DNA of 64,000 nt, from positions 13,633 through 77,632 of the IMG/VR virus record IMGVR_UViG_3300035670_008749; one strand, 5' to 3'. The notes under the pieces were generated by a model that was not told the DNA's origin, made no database searches, and was given only the letters and a program-made list of their open reading frames with translations. The translations under genes were made by a program, and so were the position numbers. This DNA comes from a virus. Every line of letters starts with the position of its first letter. The first letter of the stretch is position 1. Below are positions 8,062 to 17,433 of this stretch, piece by piece.

Positions 8062-10152
8062 ATGGAAAATAACCTAGATTACGTACTGATATTAGAGAAA
8101 TCCTCTCACAACCTTAGCACTAAAAAGCAAGGGGGTGAATATTTTCTTGAAGGTATAGCTGCTGTTTTTGGAGTTGAAAACTCTAATCACAGAATTTATG
8201 AGGAAAATGAATATTTGCCTCATATGGATTATCTTAAAAAGAAAATAGATCAGAATCGTTTAGTTGGTGAGTTAGATCACCCTAAGGAGTTTGATGTTTC
8301 TCTTAAGAACATATCACACGTTATTACAGATCTTTCCTATGATAAAGGAAACAGAAATGTAAAAATCAAAGTTAAACTTCTAGATACACCAGCAGGTAAA
8401 ATTGCTAAAAGTTTAATCGATGCGGGTATTCCTATTTCTATATCTTCTAGAGCAGCTGGTAACGTTAAGGAGAATAAAAAAGTAGAGATTAAGAAAATAT
8501 TTACATATGACTTAGTTGCTGATCCAGGATTTGAAAATGCTCAATTAGAAAGGGTTTATGAAAGTTTAGGATCACATTTACCTTCAGAATCTATTAAAGA
8601 TTCAATTATTTCTTCATTAACCAACATAAATGAAAGTTTTGGACTTAGAAAAAATTCTAACACACAGATATATAGAATAAAAGATACAGAGAAAATCTCT
8701 AGACTTTTAAAAGAAAACACAAATAATTCAAGAAACATGGACAATAACTTTGTCACTGCAGAAGAACTAAACGAATACTCGTTAATCCTTAAAAAAGAAA
8801 TGGATTCATTGAAAAATGAATTAAGATCTGTTTCTAAAGGATCATCTTCTAGATTATCATCTAATAACACAGATTCAGGGTTGGAAGAAAGAATTCAAAG
8901 ATTAGAAAAATATTCTGAGTATCTTGCTGAGAATTTAGAATCTGCTATTAAATATGGAGATTACTTAGCTGAAAATTTAGAAGGATCTATTTCTTATAAT
9001 AAATATTTAGCCGAAAATTTAGATAAGGCTATTTCTTATGCTAAATACTTAGCTGAGCACGTTGATGGAAATATTTCATATTCTGAATACATCGCAGAAA
9101 ATCTTGATAACAATATTGCTTATAGCAAGTATCTTGCTGAGAATTTGGATAAAAATATTTCTTACTCTGAGTACTTAGCAGAAAACCTTGATAAGAACAT
9201 TTCTTACTCCGAATACTTAGCAGAAAACCTTGATAAGAACATTTCTTACTCTGAGTATCTTGCAGAGAATTTGGATAAAAATATTTCTTACTCTGAGTAC
9301 TTAGCAGAAAACCTTGATAAGAACATTTCTTATTCGGATTATTTAGCTGAGAACCTAGATAAGAGTATCACTTACTCTGACTACTTAGGAGAAAAATTAG
9401 ATCAAAACATTACTTACTCTGATTACTTAGGAGAGAAATTAAACGGAAACATTAACTATTCAGATTATATCGCTGAAAAAGTTAAATCTGGAATTGATTA
9501 CACTGAATATTTAGCAGAGTCTATTAATAGAGGAGGAAAAACAACAAGAAAAAATCTTTCTCAAAACGTAAACGAATCTATTAATGAAGGAAGAAGAACT
9601 TCTGGATTCTCTGGAGATTATACAGATCTTTCTTCCAAAGTTGATAAACTTATCGAATCTGTTAGCACAGCAAAAACAGATCAGATTATAAACGAAAATA
9701 AATACTCCTTCTTAAAGCTTGTCGATGACAGAACTAAGAAAGGATTTTTATCTCTGAACGAGGCCGAAAAACAAAAGGTCGTTAAAGCTCTTAACGAGCA
9801 GAACTATAATTCGGGTACGGATGTAGTTCAAATTATGGGATCCGCTTTAACTGAACAAGTTGAGTCTGGAGAAAAATTCCTCGATATGATACCGGGTGAA
9901 TTGGTTCCTGCATGGGAAGGTCTAAATGAATCACAGAGAGCATCTATTATTGCTCAAAGTAAATTCTATAAATTAGACACTGCTTATCAGATCAATCACT
10001 TCTGGAAAACTAGAGGACTTAATTCTGCAAAACCAGCATCTACTGAATTCTTAAACGAATCTCAAAACACTAACCCTAATGCTAACATGGGTGTAAGCAA
10101 CTCTTACATGCAGAATATAGCAGCAGAGTTAGAAAAAAGATTTAAAAAATAA
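8062..10152 (+). CDS. Prohead protease (T4 gp21-like) fused to scaffold (gp22-like)
   Basis: NHRIY, GELDHP, ISH, LLDTPAG, ISSRAAG, TYDLVADPGF, followed by a repeat-rich coiled coil. Confidence 0.92.
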   Translation: MENNLDYVLILEKSSHNLSTKKQGGEYFLEGIAAVFGVENSNHRIYEENEYLPHMDYLKKKIDQNRLVGELDHPKEFDVSLKNISHVITDLSYDKGNRNVKIKVKLLDTPAGKIAKSLIDAGIPISISSRAAGNVKENKKVEIKKIFTYDLVADPGFENAQLERVYESLGSHLPSESIKDSIISSLTNINESFGLRKNSNTQIYRIKDTEKISRLLKENTNNSRNMDNNFVTAEELNEYSLILKKEMDSLKNELRSVSKGSSSRLSSNNTDSGLEERIQRLEKYSEYLAENLESAIKYGDYLAENLEGSISYNKYLAENLDKAISYAKYLAEHVDGNISYSEYIAENLDNNIAYSKYLAENLDKNISYSEYLAENLDKNISYSEYLAENLDKNISYSEYLAENLDKNISYSEYLAENLDKNISYSDYLAENLDKSITYSDYLGEKLDQNITYSDYLGEKLNGNINYSDYIAEKVKSGIDYTEYLAESINRGGKTTRKNLSQNVNESINEGRRTSGFSGDYTDLSSKVDKLIESVSTAKTDQIINENKYSFLKLVDDRTKKGFLSLNEAEKQKVVKALNEQNYNSGTDVVQIMGSALTEQVESGEKFLDMIPGELVPAWEGLNESQRASIIAQSKFYKLDTAYQINHFWKTRGLNSAKPASTEFLNESQNTNPNANMGVSNSYMQNIAAELEKRFKK
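8667..8674 (+). promoter_or_regulatory. Internal late promoter for scaffold + capsid
   Basis: GATATATAGAATAAAA is identical over 16 nt to the intergenic site at 12015; 62 nt before in-frame ATG 8737. Confidence 0.6.
8737..10152 (+). CDS. Putative nested in-frame scaffold protein (MDNNFVTAEE...)
   Basis: In-frame ATG in A-rich context just after the protease domain and the internal promoter. Confidence 0.55.
   Translation: MDNNFVTAEELNEYSLILKKEMDSLKNELRSVSKGSSSRLSSNNTDSGLEERIQRLEKYSEYLAENLESAIKYGDYLAENLEGSISYNKYLAENLDKAISYAKYLAEHVDGNISYSEYIAENLDNNIAYSKYLAENLDKNISYSEYLAENLDKNISYSEYLAENLDKNISYSEYLAENLDKNISYSEYLAENLDKNISYSDYLAENLDKSITYSDYLGEKLDQNITYSDYLGEKLNGNINYSDYIAEKVKSGIDYTEYLAESINRGGKTTRKNLSQNVNESINEGRRTSGFSGDYTDLSSKVDKLIESVSTAKTDQIINENKYSFLKLVDDRTKKGFLSLNEAEKQKVVKALNEQNYNSGTDVVQIMGSALTEQVESGEKFLDMIPGELVPAWEGLNESQRASIIAQSKFYKLDTAYQINHFWKTRGLNSAKPASTEFLNESQNTNPNANMGVSNSYMQNIAAELEKRFKK
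8911..9528 (+). repeat. About 15 tandem 42 bp / 14 aa repeats (YSEYLAENLDKNIS)
   Basis: Directly visible in the translation; identical peptides use different synonymous codons. Confidence 0.95.
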
Positions 10153-10161
10153 TCTAACAAA

Positions 10162-11940
10162 ATGCAACTCTTAAACGAAAACGAGATCTATGAAACATGG
10201 TCTCCAATTATCGAGAGTAAGACCGGTATGACGGATCGTTCAAAGGTAGAGTGGTTATCTAAATATTGCCACTTCCACTCATTAAACGAGTCTGCTGGAG
10301 CTTATAACTCTCTAGGCGTATTAAACGGTATGGGTAACGTACTTCCTGCTGGTAACTACCAAGGTGGTGCAGCTGGTGCGGGTCCTGCTGGTTTCTACTA
10401 CAACAACACTTATGACGCTGGTCGTCCATATGTTGGTTCTGGTGATAAATTCCCATCATTACTTCCATTGGCTATTCAGGTAGCTGCTAAAACCGTTGGT
10501 TTTGACATCGTTCCTGTTATTCCTATGGCTGGTCCTACTGGGGTATTATCTTACCTAGACTATGTATACGCAGGTGGTACATTATCTGGTACATCTACAG
10601 ATTCTTCTACTAACTTCGTAGCTAACACACCGGATATGATTAAAATCCCTACGGCTATTGCTTCTCCAGCAACTGGTCTTACAGTAGGTAATAATTATGC
10701 TATTGGTGTTGGTCTTTCAGGTACTGATGACCCATCAAACGGTGATGCTTTAGCAGTTGGTAAATTTATCGGTAACTCACGTATTGATGGTTTCCCTATC
10801 TTTGAAATCACTATTATTGGTAGCGGAAAATCTATCTCTGATGTTTGTCCTGCTGCTGGTACTGCTGATATCTATGCGGTAACTGGTACTCCTACTAGTT
10901 CTCAAGTAATTATTGGATCTTTAGCAGCTACTACTGCTGGTTCAGCTGTATTAGTTAAAACGTTAGAAGATCACATCCAAGGTTTCTCTGGAGCTGGTCC
11001 TGACAACACTAACGATTGGCAAGGTCCATACGTAGACGGTACTAAAAACTACGATCCTATGTTAAGAGGAGTAGGTGAGACCACTTATTACAAGTCATTA
11101 GGTCTTTCTACTTTCACTAAGTTCGTAGAAGCTGGTACTTTCCAAGTTGCTGCTTCTGTTACTACTGAGCAAATCCAAGACCTTAACAAGCAGTTCGGTA
11201 TCGACGTAGTTTCTATGATCGAGAACGCACTTGTTAACGAGGTTTCTCAAGCTATTAACAAGCACATCTTATCTAGAGCATATGCTCTTGGATGGTCTAA
11301 CCACTCTCAGTTCTTAATCACTGAAAACACAAACCTTAACCTTAACTTAGTAATTGGTGGTGCTGCTACTTATACAGTTCCTAACTACATCGGTAAACAA
11401 GGTACTGCTATCACAGGCGGTTCTAAACCAGGTGCAGTTGCTGGTCCTGCTTCAGGTACTTTCGAGAACTTATCAACAGTTCAAAGAAGACTTTACAGCC
11501 GCATCTTAGCTGCTGCTAACGTAGTTGCTAACAGAGGTCGTAGAGGTCCTGCTAACTTCATCGTTACTAACTCTCAAATCGCGTCTGCTTTACAAGACAT
11601 CAGTCAGTTCACATTCGCTCCGTTTACTAACACACTTACTCAAAACAACGGTACTTTATACCCCGTAGGTTCGCTTGCTGGTATGACAGTATATGTTGAT
11701 CAAAACATGTCATTCGGTGACACTAGAGTATTAGTTGGTAGAAAAGGTGCTGATGATGAGCCAGGTATGAAATTCATGCCTTACATGATGGCTGAGTCAA
11801 TTCAGACTATCTCTGAGGGTACTATGTCTCCTAAAATCGCGGTTAAATCCCGTTACTCTTTAGTTGAGGCTGGTCACCACCCAGAAACAATGTATTTCTG
11901 CTTCCACGTTAACACTGGAACTGCTACTGCTATTATCTAA
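10162..11940 (+). CDS. Major capsid protein, T4 gp23-like
   Basis: VPVIPMAGPTG, TTEQIQDL...GID, RRGPANFIVT, FMPY, PKIAVKSRYSL; strongly biased codon usage. Confidence 0.95.
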   Translation: MQLLNENEIYETWSPIIESKTGMTDRSKVEWLSKYCHFHSLNESAGAYNSLGVLNGMGNVLPAGNYQGGAAGAGPAGFYYNNTYDAGRPYVGSGDKFPSLLPLAIQVAAKTVGFDIVPVIPMAGPTGVLSYLDYVYAGGTLSGTSTDSSTNFVANTPDMIKIPTAIASPATGLTVGNNYAIGVGLSGTDDPSNGDALAVGKFIGNSRIDGFPIFEITIIGSGKSISDVCPAAGTADIYAVTGTPTSSQVIIGSLAATTAGSAVLVKTLEDHIQGFSGAGPDNTNDWQGPYVDGTKNYDPMLRGVGETTYYKSLGLSTFTKFVEAGTFQVAASVTTEQIQDLNKQFGIDVVSMIENALVNEVSQAINKHILSRAYALGWSNHSQFLITENTNLNLNLVIGGAATYTVPNYIGKQGTAITGGSKPGAVAGPASGTFENLSTVQRRLYSRILAAANVVANRGRRGPANFIVTNSQIASALQDISQFTFAPFTNTLTQNNGTLYPVGSLAGMTVYVDQNMSFGDTRVLVGRKGADDEPGMKFMPYMMAESIQTISEGTMSPKIAVKSRYSLVEAGHHPETMYFCFHVNTGTATAII

Positions 11941-11965
11941 TCAGTAATAGTATAAGTACATACTC

Positions 11966-11996
11966 AAAAGGGTCTTCTTCGGAAGACCCTTTTTTT
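11966..11996 (+). terminator. Rho-independent terminator with C(UUCG)G tetraloop
   Basis: AAAAGGGTCTTC-TTCG-GAAGACCCTTTT followed by a T run, directly after the capsid gene. Confidence 0.95.
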
Positions 11997-12014
11997 GTTT
12001 TTAATGGTTTTTTG

Positions 12015-12022
12015 GATATATA
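12015..12022 (+). promoter_or_regulatory. Late promoter GATATATA
   Basis: Sits between the terminator and ATG 12039, where a new promoter is required. Confidence 0.75.
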
Positions 12023-12038
12023 GAATAAAAGGTAAACT

Positions 12039-13091
12039 ATGTTGTTTGAAAATGCAAGCCAATTCCAAAAAGCAAAACAAACCCTGTTAGATAATAATAG
12101 AGACGTAAATAAAACTGCTTATATTCTTAAAAAATCACCTCTCTTTGATGATTTATCAGAAGGAGAGATAATATCACATCTAACCGAGTTAAACGAAGGA
12201 TTAGGAGATAATATAATGAACTTCTTAAGCAGTGCTTTCGGAGGGGACATTAGTAAATTAAAAACAGTGCTCACTCAGATGAAGGAACAGGAGCTTAAGT
12301 TCAATAGAGAAGAGTATCAGATATGGGATGAGTTTTATAGATTATTAGAAGATCAAAAGGCCTTAGACAAGGATAAAAATAATCCCAACTACCAAACACT
12401 TAGTAGAGAACTGCAGCAATCAAGAAATGCTTTAAATTTAAGATTAAAAGAGTTAACGAAAACCCACAATGAAATATTCAATGCTCTAGAGGAAAAGGTT
12501 AGAGATTTAACAAAAGATAGTGCAAGAAAGAAAACATATTTCAATGCACAAAGAGCTAACGATGTTTTAGAAACAAGAAACGATCGATACGAAAAAATAA
12601 AGTCAATCACAGCAAGAAGTGCTTCTAGGTCGCAAGAATTAGAAAATTTCTTTAATGTTAGTGTTTCTGACTTAGACAAAGAAAGAGCTGAAGCAGAAAG
12701 AAAAGCAAAAGCACAGGAAGAAAAATTAAGAAGACAACAAACGTCTACTGAAAATAATCCTCATGATAGTGATGATCCGTCTTCCTTACCATCTAAATTT
12801 AAGAAAAGAATAGAGGAGATTTCTTCTTTTCCTGGAGATATCCATTACACCAAGATAAGAAAGCTAGGGGATTTACAACACGAGATAGTTGATGTTATAA
12901 CAGACGATAATAAGACCATCACTAGAGAAAATCCTCATGGTAATTTAGGAAAAGATGTAAGAGATGAACTAGTAAGAATGTCTAATGAGCTGACAGCTAA
13001 GATAAAAGATCTTGTAAAAACCAAAGAGGAAAAGATTACTGCAGAAGAGGCAGAGGATGCAGCCAAAAAAATAACGTCGAGAAAAAAATGA
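12039..13091 (+). CDS. Hypothetical coiled-coil head-associated protein
   Basis: Late promoter; LNEG motif; helical, charged sequence. Confidence 0.6.
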   Translation: MLFENASQFQKAKQTLLDNNRDVNKTAYILKKSPLFDDLSEGEIISHLTELNEGLGDNIMNFLSSAFGGDISKLKTVLTQMKEQELKFNREEYQIWDEFYRLLEDQKALDKDKNNPNYQTLSRELQQSRNALNLRLKELTKTHNEIFNALEEKVRDLTKDSARKKTYFNAQRANDVLETRNDRYEKIKSITARSASRSQELENFFNVSVSDLDKERAEAERKAKAQEEKLRRQQTSTENNPHDSDDPSSLPSKFKKRIEEISSFPGDIHYTKIRKLGDLQHEIVDVITDDNKTITRENPHGNLGKDVRDELVRMSNELTAKIKDLVKTKEEKITAEEAEDAAKKITSRKK

Positions 13092-13975
13092 TCTCTAGAA
13101 ACATAAAAAGCATAAATGAATTCGATAGAATAGATGAAGGAATTCTTTCTTCTTTATTAGGCGGTGTTAAAAACTTTTTTACCTCTAAAAAAGGAAAGGT
13201 TGAAAATATTCTTAAAAAAATAAGAGATGCAAGACACGAAGAGGTTAGCAACACAATCTCTATAGAAAAAGAAATACAAGGATTAACTAAAGATAATACT
13301 CCTGAGTATAGATTTGCATTAACTAACTTAAGAAGACAATCTAGAACATATGCTGCTTTAAAGGGACAAGAAATAAACTCTTTAGCTAAAGAGGCTAGAA
13401 GCATAATGGAAGATGATCCTAGACTAGAGGCATTTTTTGCCTCAGAGATGGCTAAGATAGAGGTTGAAACCAAGGAAAAACTTCTTAAAAACTTGGGGGG
13501 AATATCGGATTCTGGGTTTTTAAATCAAATAAATGCTGAATTTGATTCTCTGGTTAAAGACGCTAATAGGAAAGCTTCTTTTTATGATGATTATAAGGAA
13601 AGAGAAAATTATATGCCTTCCATTGAAATACCAGCAAAGATGTCTGATGATGTATTAACATTTCTTAATATGCCCTCAAAAGAAGCATCATCTTTTACTA
13701 GATCTTTGGATGAAACCAATTTGAACAAGTATTATTCACAAATTAGGGATTTCTTTTTCGATCTTGAGGACAAATATTCAACCTCGATAGAAAGAATAAG
13801 AAGAGACAAGAAAAATGCTGAAAAACAAGGTCATGATTGGATTATTCCTTCACTAGAAAAAGAGGAGATGAATGTTAAATATCATTTAAGAAAAAATATA
13901 GACAAGCTTCGATCGAGAGTAAACACTCTTGAAAGAGAAATGAAAAATAGAAGATATGCAACACAGACTGCTTAA
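13088..13975 (+). CDS. Hypothetical coiled-coil head-associated protein
   Basis: N-terminal IKSINEFDRIDEG; overlaps the previous stop. Confidence 0.6.
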   Translation: MISRNIKSINEFDRIDEGILSSLLGGVKNFFTSKKGKVENILKKIRDARHEEVSNTISIEKEIQGLTKDNTPEYRFALTNLRRQSRTYAALKGQEINSLAKEARSIMEDDPRLEAFFASEMAKIEVETKEKLLKNLGGISDSGFLNQINAEFDSLVKDANRKASFYDDYKERENYMPSIEIPAKMSDDVLTFLNMPSKEASSFTRSLDETNLNKYYSQIRDFFFDLEDKYSTSIERIRRDKKNAEKQGHDWIIPSLEKEEMNVKYHLRKNIDKLRSRVNTLEREMKNRRYATQTA

Positions 13976-14246
13976 ACTTAAAGAATTTGTTTTTGAACAA
14001 GAAAGCACACAGCAAAAAACAAAAGAGCTACAGGCTAAAACAGATGCTGAAAAACAAATAATGGATATAGACAAAAGAATATCTGAAGTTGATCTTGCCA
14101 TTGCTAATCTACAAAAAAGAGAAAAGGATGGGACACTATCAAAGAGCGAATCACTGAACCAGCAAGCAATAGAGATGCAAAAGAAAGTAGCTGAATTTCA
14201 AAAAAAAGCAGTTGCATATAAAAAGATAGAATCTATCCAAAAATAA
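13956..14246 (+). CDS. Small coiled-coil protein
   Basis: N-terminal LLKLKEFVFE. Confidence 0.6.
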   Translation: MQHRLLKLKEFVFEQESTQQKTKELQAKTDAEKQIMDIDKRISEVDLAIANLQKREKDGTLSKSESLNQQAIEMQKKVAEFQKKAVAYKKIESIQK

Positions 14247-14254
14247 GATATATA
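14247..14254 (+). promoter_or_regulatory. Late promoter GATATATA
   Basis: Intergenic, 15 nt before ATG 14270. Confidence 0.7.
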
Positions 14255-14269
14255 ATAAAAAATCTAAAA

Positions 14270-14812
14270 ATGAATAATAGAAGATTAGAATATAACCCTC
14301 TTTTTGAATCACTTACAGATTCAGCTAGAAGATACGAGACAATATCAGAGCAATCTACTGCAGACAAAATGAAATATGCTATAGAATATGCTAGAAGAAT
14401 AATAGAAACATGCTATACACAATATGTGTATTTTGTTAACACTATTCCGGACTCAGCTACTAAAAAAACTGTACTAACAGAGCTAGAAACATTTCTAAAA
14501 AAAGAAAATGAGCAACCGAGCATTGATTTTAAAAATTTCTTTGATTCGATGATAGCTAAGATGGAGGAGCTTGCAGGAAAAGTATCTGGTAACCAAGCTA
14601 TTAGAAATCTGGAAAATTTTGAAAAATTGCAACAGATTTACAATAAAATAGAACAAGGTAAAGACGAACTAAAGAACGTTACCGTTCCTGAATACACTAA
14701 ACAGTATGCAACAGAATACACTTCGGATGCTGTTAAGAATGCGGTTAAATCCTTTGTTAAATTTAGTTCGGAATCTTTATCACAGATATTGACTTCGTCT
14801 ACGATGAAATAA
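14270..14812 (+). CDS. Hypothetical late protein
   Basis: N-terminal YNPLFESL resembles FNPIFESM of the 5445 protein. Confidence 0.6.
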   Translation: MNNRRLEYNPLFESLTDSARRYETISEQSTADKMKYAIEYARRIIETCYTQYVYFVNTIPDSATKKTVLTELETFLKKENEQPSIDFKNFFDSMIAKMEELAGKVSGNQAIRNLENFEKLQQIYNKIEQGKDELKNVTVPEYTKQYATEYTSDAVKNAVKSFVKFSSESLSQILTSSTMK

Positions 14813-14826
14813 TAAAAAATAAAAAA

Positions 14827-16848
14827 ATGAGAAACTTCAGTAATAAATTCCTAAGCCTTTTAGAAAGCATGAAATCTTCCAATATGATGATGGAAGATGC
14901 TGCAGGATCAACGGGAGAAAAAACAGGACTTAGAGGTGATAGAACCTCTACTGGTAGATCACAGAAAAGATCAGATCGAAGAGAAGCAAGACTCGAAGAT
15001 AAATTCCTAGATGGCGACAAATTTGTAGTAAGATCATTCATAAAAGCAATAGAGCTATTACAGGGTCAGATATTAGCAACAAGAATAGATGTTTCTAACA
15101 CCATAAAAAATAAATTTGCGGGAGCTAAGTATGGCGACGCATCTCTTAGAGCAGCAGACACTCTTCTTTCTTTAGTTCTAAACATAAAAAGAAGTGCAGA
15201 AAAAATGGCTCAGTCAGAGGGTTCTAGATTGGAGTTAGATGCAAATGCTGCAGATATAAAATTTTACCAGGACGAATACACAAAATATGAGAAGGAATAC
15301 GAGGAGCTAAAAACCCAATGGGCAGATGCACAAAGAAAAGAACAACAGGAACAACCTATTCTCGCAGCAAATCAAAAGATAGAAAAATCATTAAACGTAG
15401 CTAAGGGATTCTTTAAACAAGCTCAGGATGAATTTACTGCTAGTTTTTCACAATTTGTACCTAAAAAGACCGAGGTTAAACAGGATCAACAAGGAGGAGG
15501 AGGAGAACAATTAGAAGCTGGAGGAGATTTAGGAGCAACCTTAGTAGAAAAACCTAAGCCTTTTGTCTACAAAGGAAAAGATGGTGAGATCGTAATGGAG
15601 GTTAAAAAATTAATCTACAATAAATTTAAAAAATATAAGTCAGTTTCCAGTAGCTATGATTGGGGGGTGGTTTATAAGAACTGGCCAGAAGTTAGTGCCA
15701 CATTAAGAGAAAACACCGCTAAGGTTATTAAAGCAATAAAAGCAGGATTAGCAAAGGATCATAAGGATTTAGCTTCAGATAAAACAGGGAGTATTACTCC
15801 TAAATTTTTAGAGATATTAAGAGGAATAAAAGAGGGATTATCGCACAATACAAATAAAATAGTTTCTTTCGAATCTTTTATGAAAAACAGAATCAATGAG
15901 GATTTTGACGAAGAAGCAGCGGGATCAGTACTTTCTTCTGGATCTTCTGGATCTTCCGGGTCTGGTAAAAAATCTTCATCATCGTCTTCATCATCGTCTT
16001 CTCCCTCTTCTCAAAGTGGAAAAAAACAAGCCGAGGCGAATATACCTGCATACCCTGCTACACCTTTTAAAACAGACGAGGAGGGTAACAAGTTTAGAGA
16101 ATGGGTTAATAAAACCTACCCAGACTGGGCAAAAAAGAATAACCTGGATGCTTCTGGTGCCAAGGATAATTCATATATTAGAAAAGCATATGCTGAATAT
16201 GGTAAGGATTATAAACCTAAGTCGGATGCTCCTAAAATCAATATAATGGATAATAAACAATTATCCGCACTTAATGATAAAATTAAAGCAGCCGGAGGTA
16301 AAACAAAATTAGAATTTACTACAGACACTAAAAACCCTGTCATTCTGTTCTACGCTGGAAAAGAGTATGGACATGTATATATTAATTATAGGGTTGATTA
16401 TGTCACTAGCTCCGGATCAAAATTCCTGGGAACATATGATCCTAAAACAAATAATGTAAAATTTGACAACGGAAAAACATTCGATCTTACTAAATGGGTC
16501 ACGACATGTAAAGTAGGAAATAAATTAGCTCCTAGTGAGGTTTCAACCTCACAAGGTAAAAAGGTTTATATGAAACCTTCTAATAATGAAGTTAATGTGA
16601 GAAGCAGCGCTGAAGCTAATACAGGATCAGTAAACAATTTAATATACACGCACAAAGATAAGAGTAAACCTATTGGAATACTTTTGTCTAGCACACTAAC
16701 TAAAAGTTCTAAAATAGGTGATTGGACCTGGTATAAAGTACAATTCCCTTCTTCTATTACATCCGTAGGTGGAGGAGTTTCAGGTCACCCGTATGGTAAA
16801 AAATTCGAATCTGGTTGGGTGAGATCTGACACGGTAGATGTAAAATAA
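14827..16848 (+). CDS. Putative virion protein with C-terminal SH3b-like domain
   Basis: VNVRSSAE...WYKVQF...GWVRSDTV; Ser-rich linker; internal IVSFESFMKNRINE. Confidence 0.6.
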   Translation: MRNFSNKFLSLLESMKSSNMMMEDAAGSTGEKTGLRGDRTSTGRSQKRSDRREARLEDKFLDGDKFVVRSFIKAIELLQGQILATRIDVSNTIKNKFAGAKYGDASLRAADTLLSLVLNIKRSAEKMAQSEGSRLELDANAADIKFYQDEYTKYEKEYEELKTQWADAQRKEQQEQPILAANQKIEKSLNVAKGFFKQAQDEFTASFSQFVPKKTEVKQDQQGGGGEQLEAGGDLGATLVEKPKPFVYKGKDGEIVMEVKKLIYNKFKKYKSVSSSYDWGVVYKNWPEVSATLRENTAKVIKAIKAGLAKDHKDLASDKTGSITPKFLEILRGIKEGLSHNTNKIVSFESFMKNRINEDFDEEAAGSVLSSGSSGSSGSGKKSSSSSSSSSSPSSQSGKKQAEANIPAYPATPFKTDEEGNKFREWVNKTYPDWAKKNNLDASGAKDNSYIRKAYAEYGKDYKPKSDAPKINIMDNKQLSALNDKIKAAGGKTKLEFTTDTKNPVILFYAGKEYGHVYINYRVDYVTSSGSKFLGTYDPKTNNVKFDNGKTFDLTKWVTTCKVGNKLAPSEVSTSQGKKVYMKPSNNEVNVRSSAEANTGSVNNLIYTHKDKSKPIGILLSSTLTKSSKIGDWTWYKVQFPSSITSVGGGVSGHPYGKKFESGWVRSDTVDVK

Positions 16849-16850
16849 TC

Positions 16851-16879
16851 GAAATTTTTAATTAATTTAGGGGTATAAT
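16851..16879 (+). promoter_or_regulatory. Bipartite promoter GAAATT-N17-TATAAT
   Basis: Intergenic, before the kinase-asnB pair. Confidence 0.6.
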
Positions 16880-16893
16880 CATAAACAAAGGTT

Positions 16894-17430
16894 ATGCCCC
16901 TTATTATTGTAGAAGGCCCCAGAAAATCTGGAAAATCATATCTAATAGAAAATCAAAAAGAACTTCCCGTTTTTAAATTTGATTTTAATTCAAACTTTAC
17001 TGCATGGGATTTTGGTAAACAATCAGAACAAATACATTGGTTTGGATTAGGTAAAGAAGTCATGTTGCACGAATTAAATAATAGCGGATTTTTACCTAAA
17101 ATGCTAGTAGATCGAGGAATACTTACTAATTCAGTATGGGGTGTTTTCCAAGGAAGAGTCACTATAAAACAAGCAGAAGCAGATTTAGTAAATTTTAGTA
17201 GAAGGGGTCTTTTTAAGAATGTGTCTATAGTATTAGTTAGAGGAGAATGGCAAGAAAAAAGAACTAAGGATATTTGGGATCAAGATGATAAAAGAGGCGA
17301 GGAGGAAAGATCCCTTTTTGATAGGTTTTCTTTAGTTTTAAGAGGACTTGGTGTTAATGTGAAGGTCTTTGATAATAAATTCGATTTAGAGTCCGTAGTA
17401 CGCTTTAAACAAGAAATTAGAAATATTTAA
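16894..17430 (+). CDS. P-loop (d)NMP kinase, thymidylate-kinase-like
   Basis: LIIVEGPRKSGKS Walker A and LVDRG motif. Confidence 0.75.
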   Translation: MPLIIVEGPRKSGKSYLIENQKELPVFKFDFNSNFTAWDFGKQSEQIHWFGLGKEVMLHELNNSGFLPKMLVDRGILTNSVWGVFQGRVTIKQAEADLVNFSRRGLFKNVSIVLVRGEWQEKRTKDIWDQDDKRGEEERSLFDRFSLVLRGLGVNVKVFDNKFDLESVVRFKQEIRNI

Positions 17431-17433
17431 AAT

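Noticed and set aside
8911-9528. 42 bp periodic repeats as a CRISPR array
   Set aside because: No unique spacers; variation is mostly at synonymous positions of an in-frame coding repeat; no cas genes.
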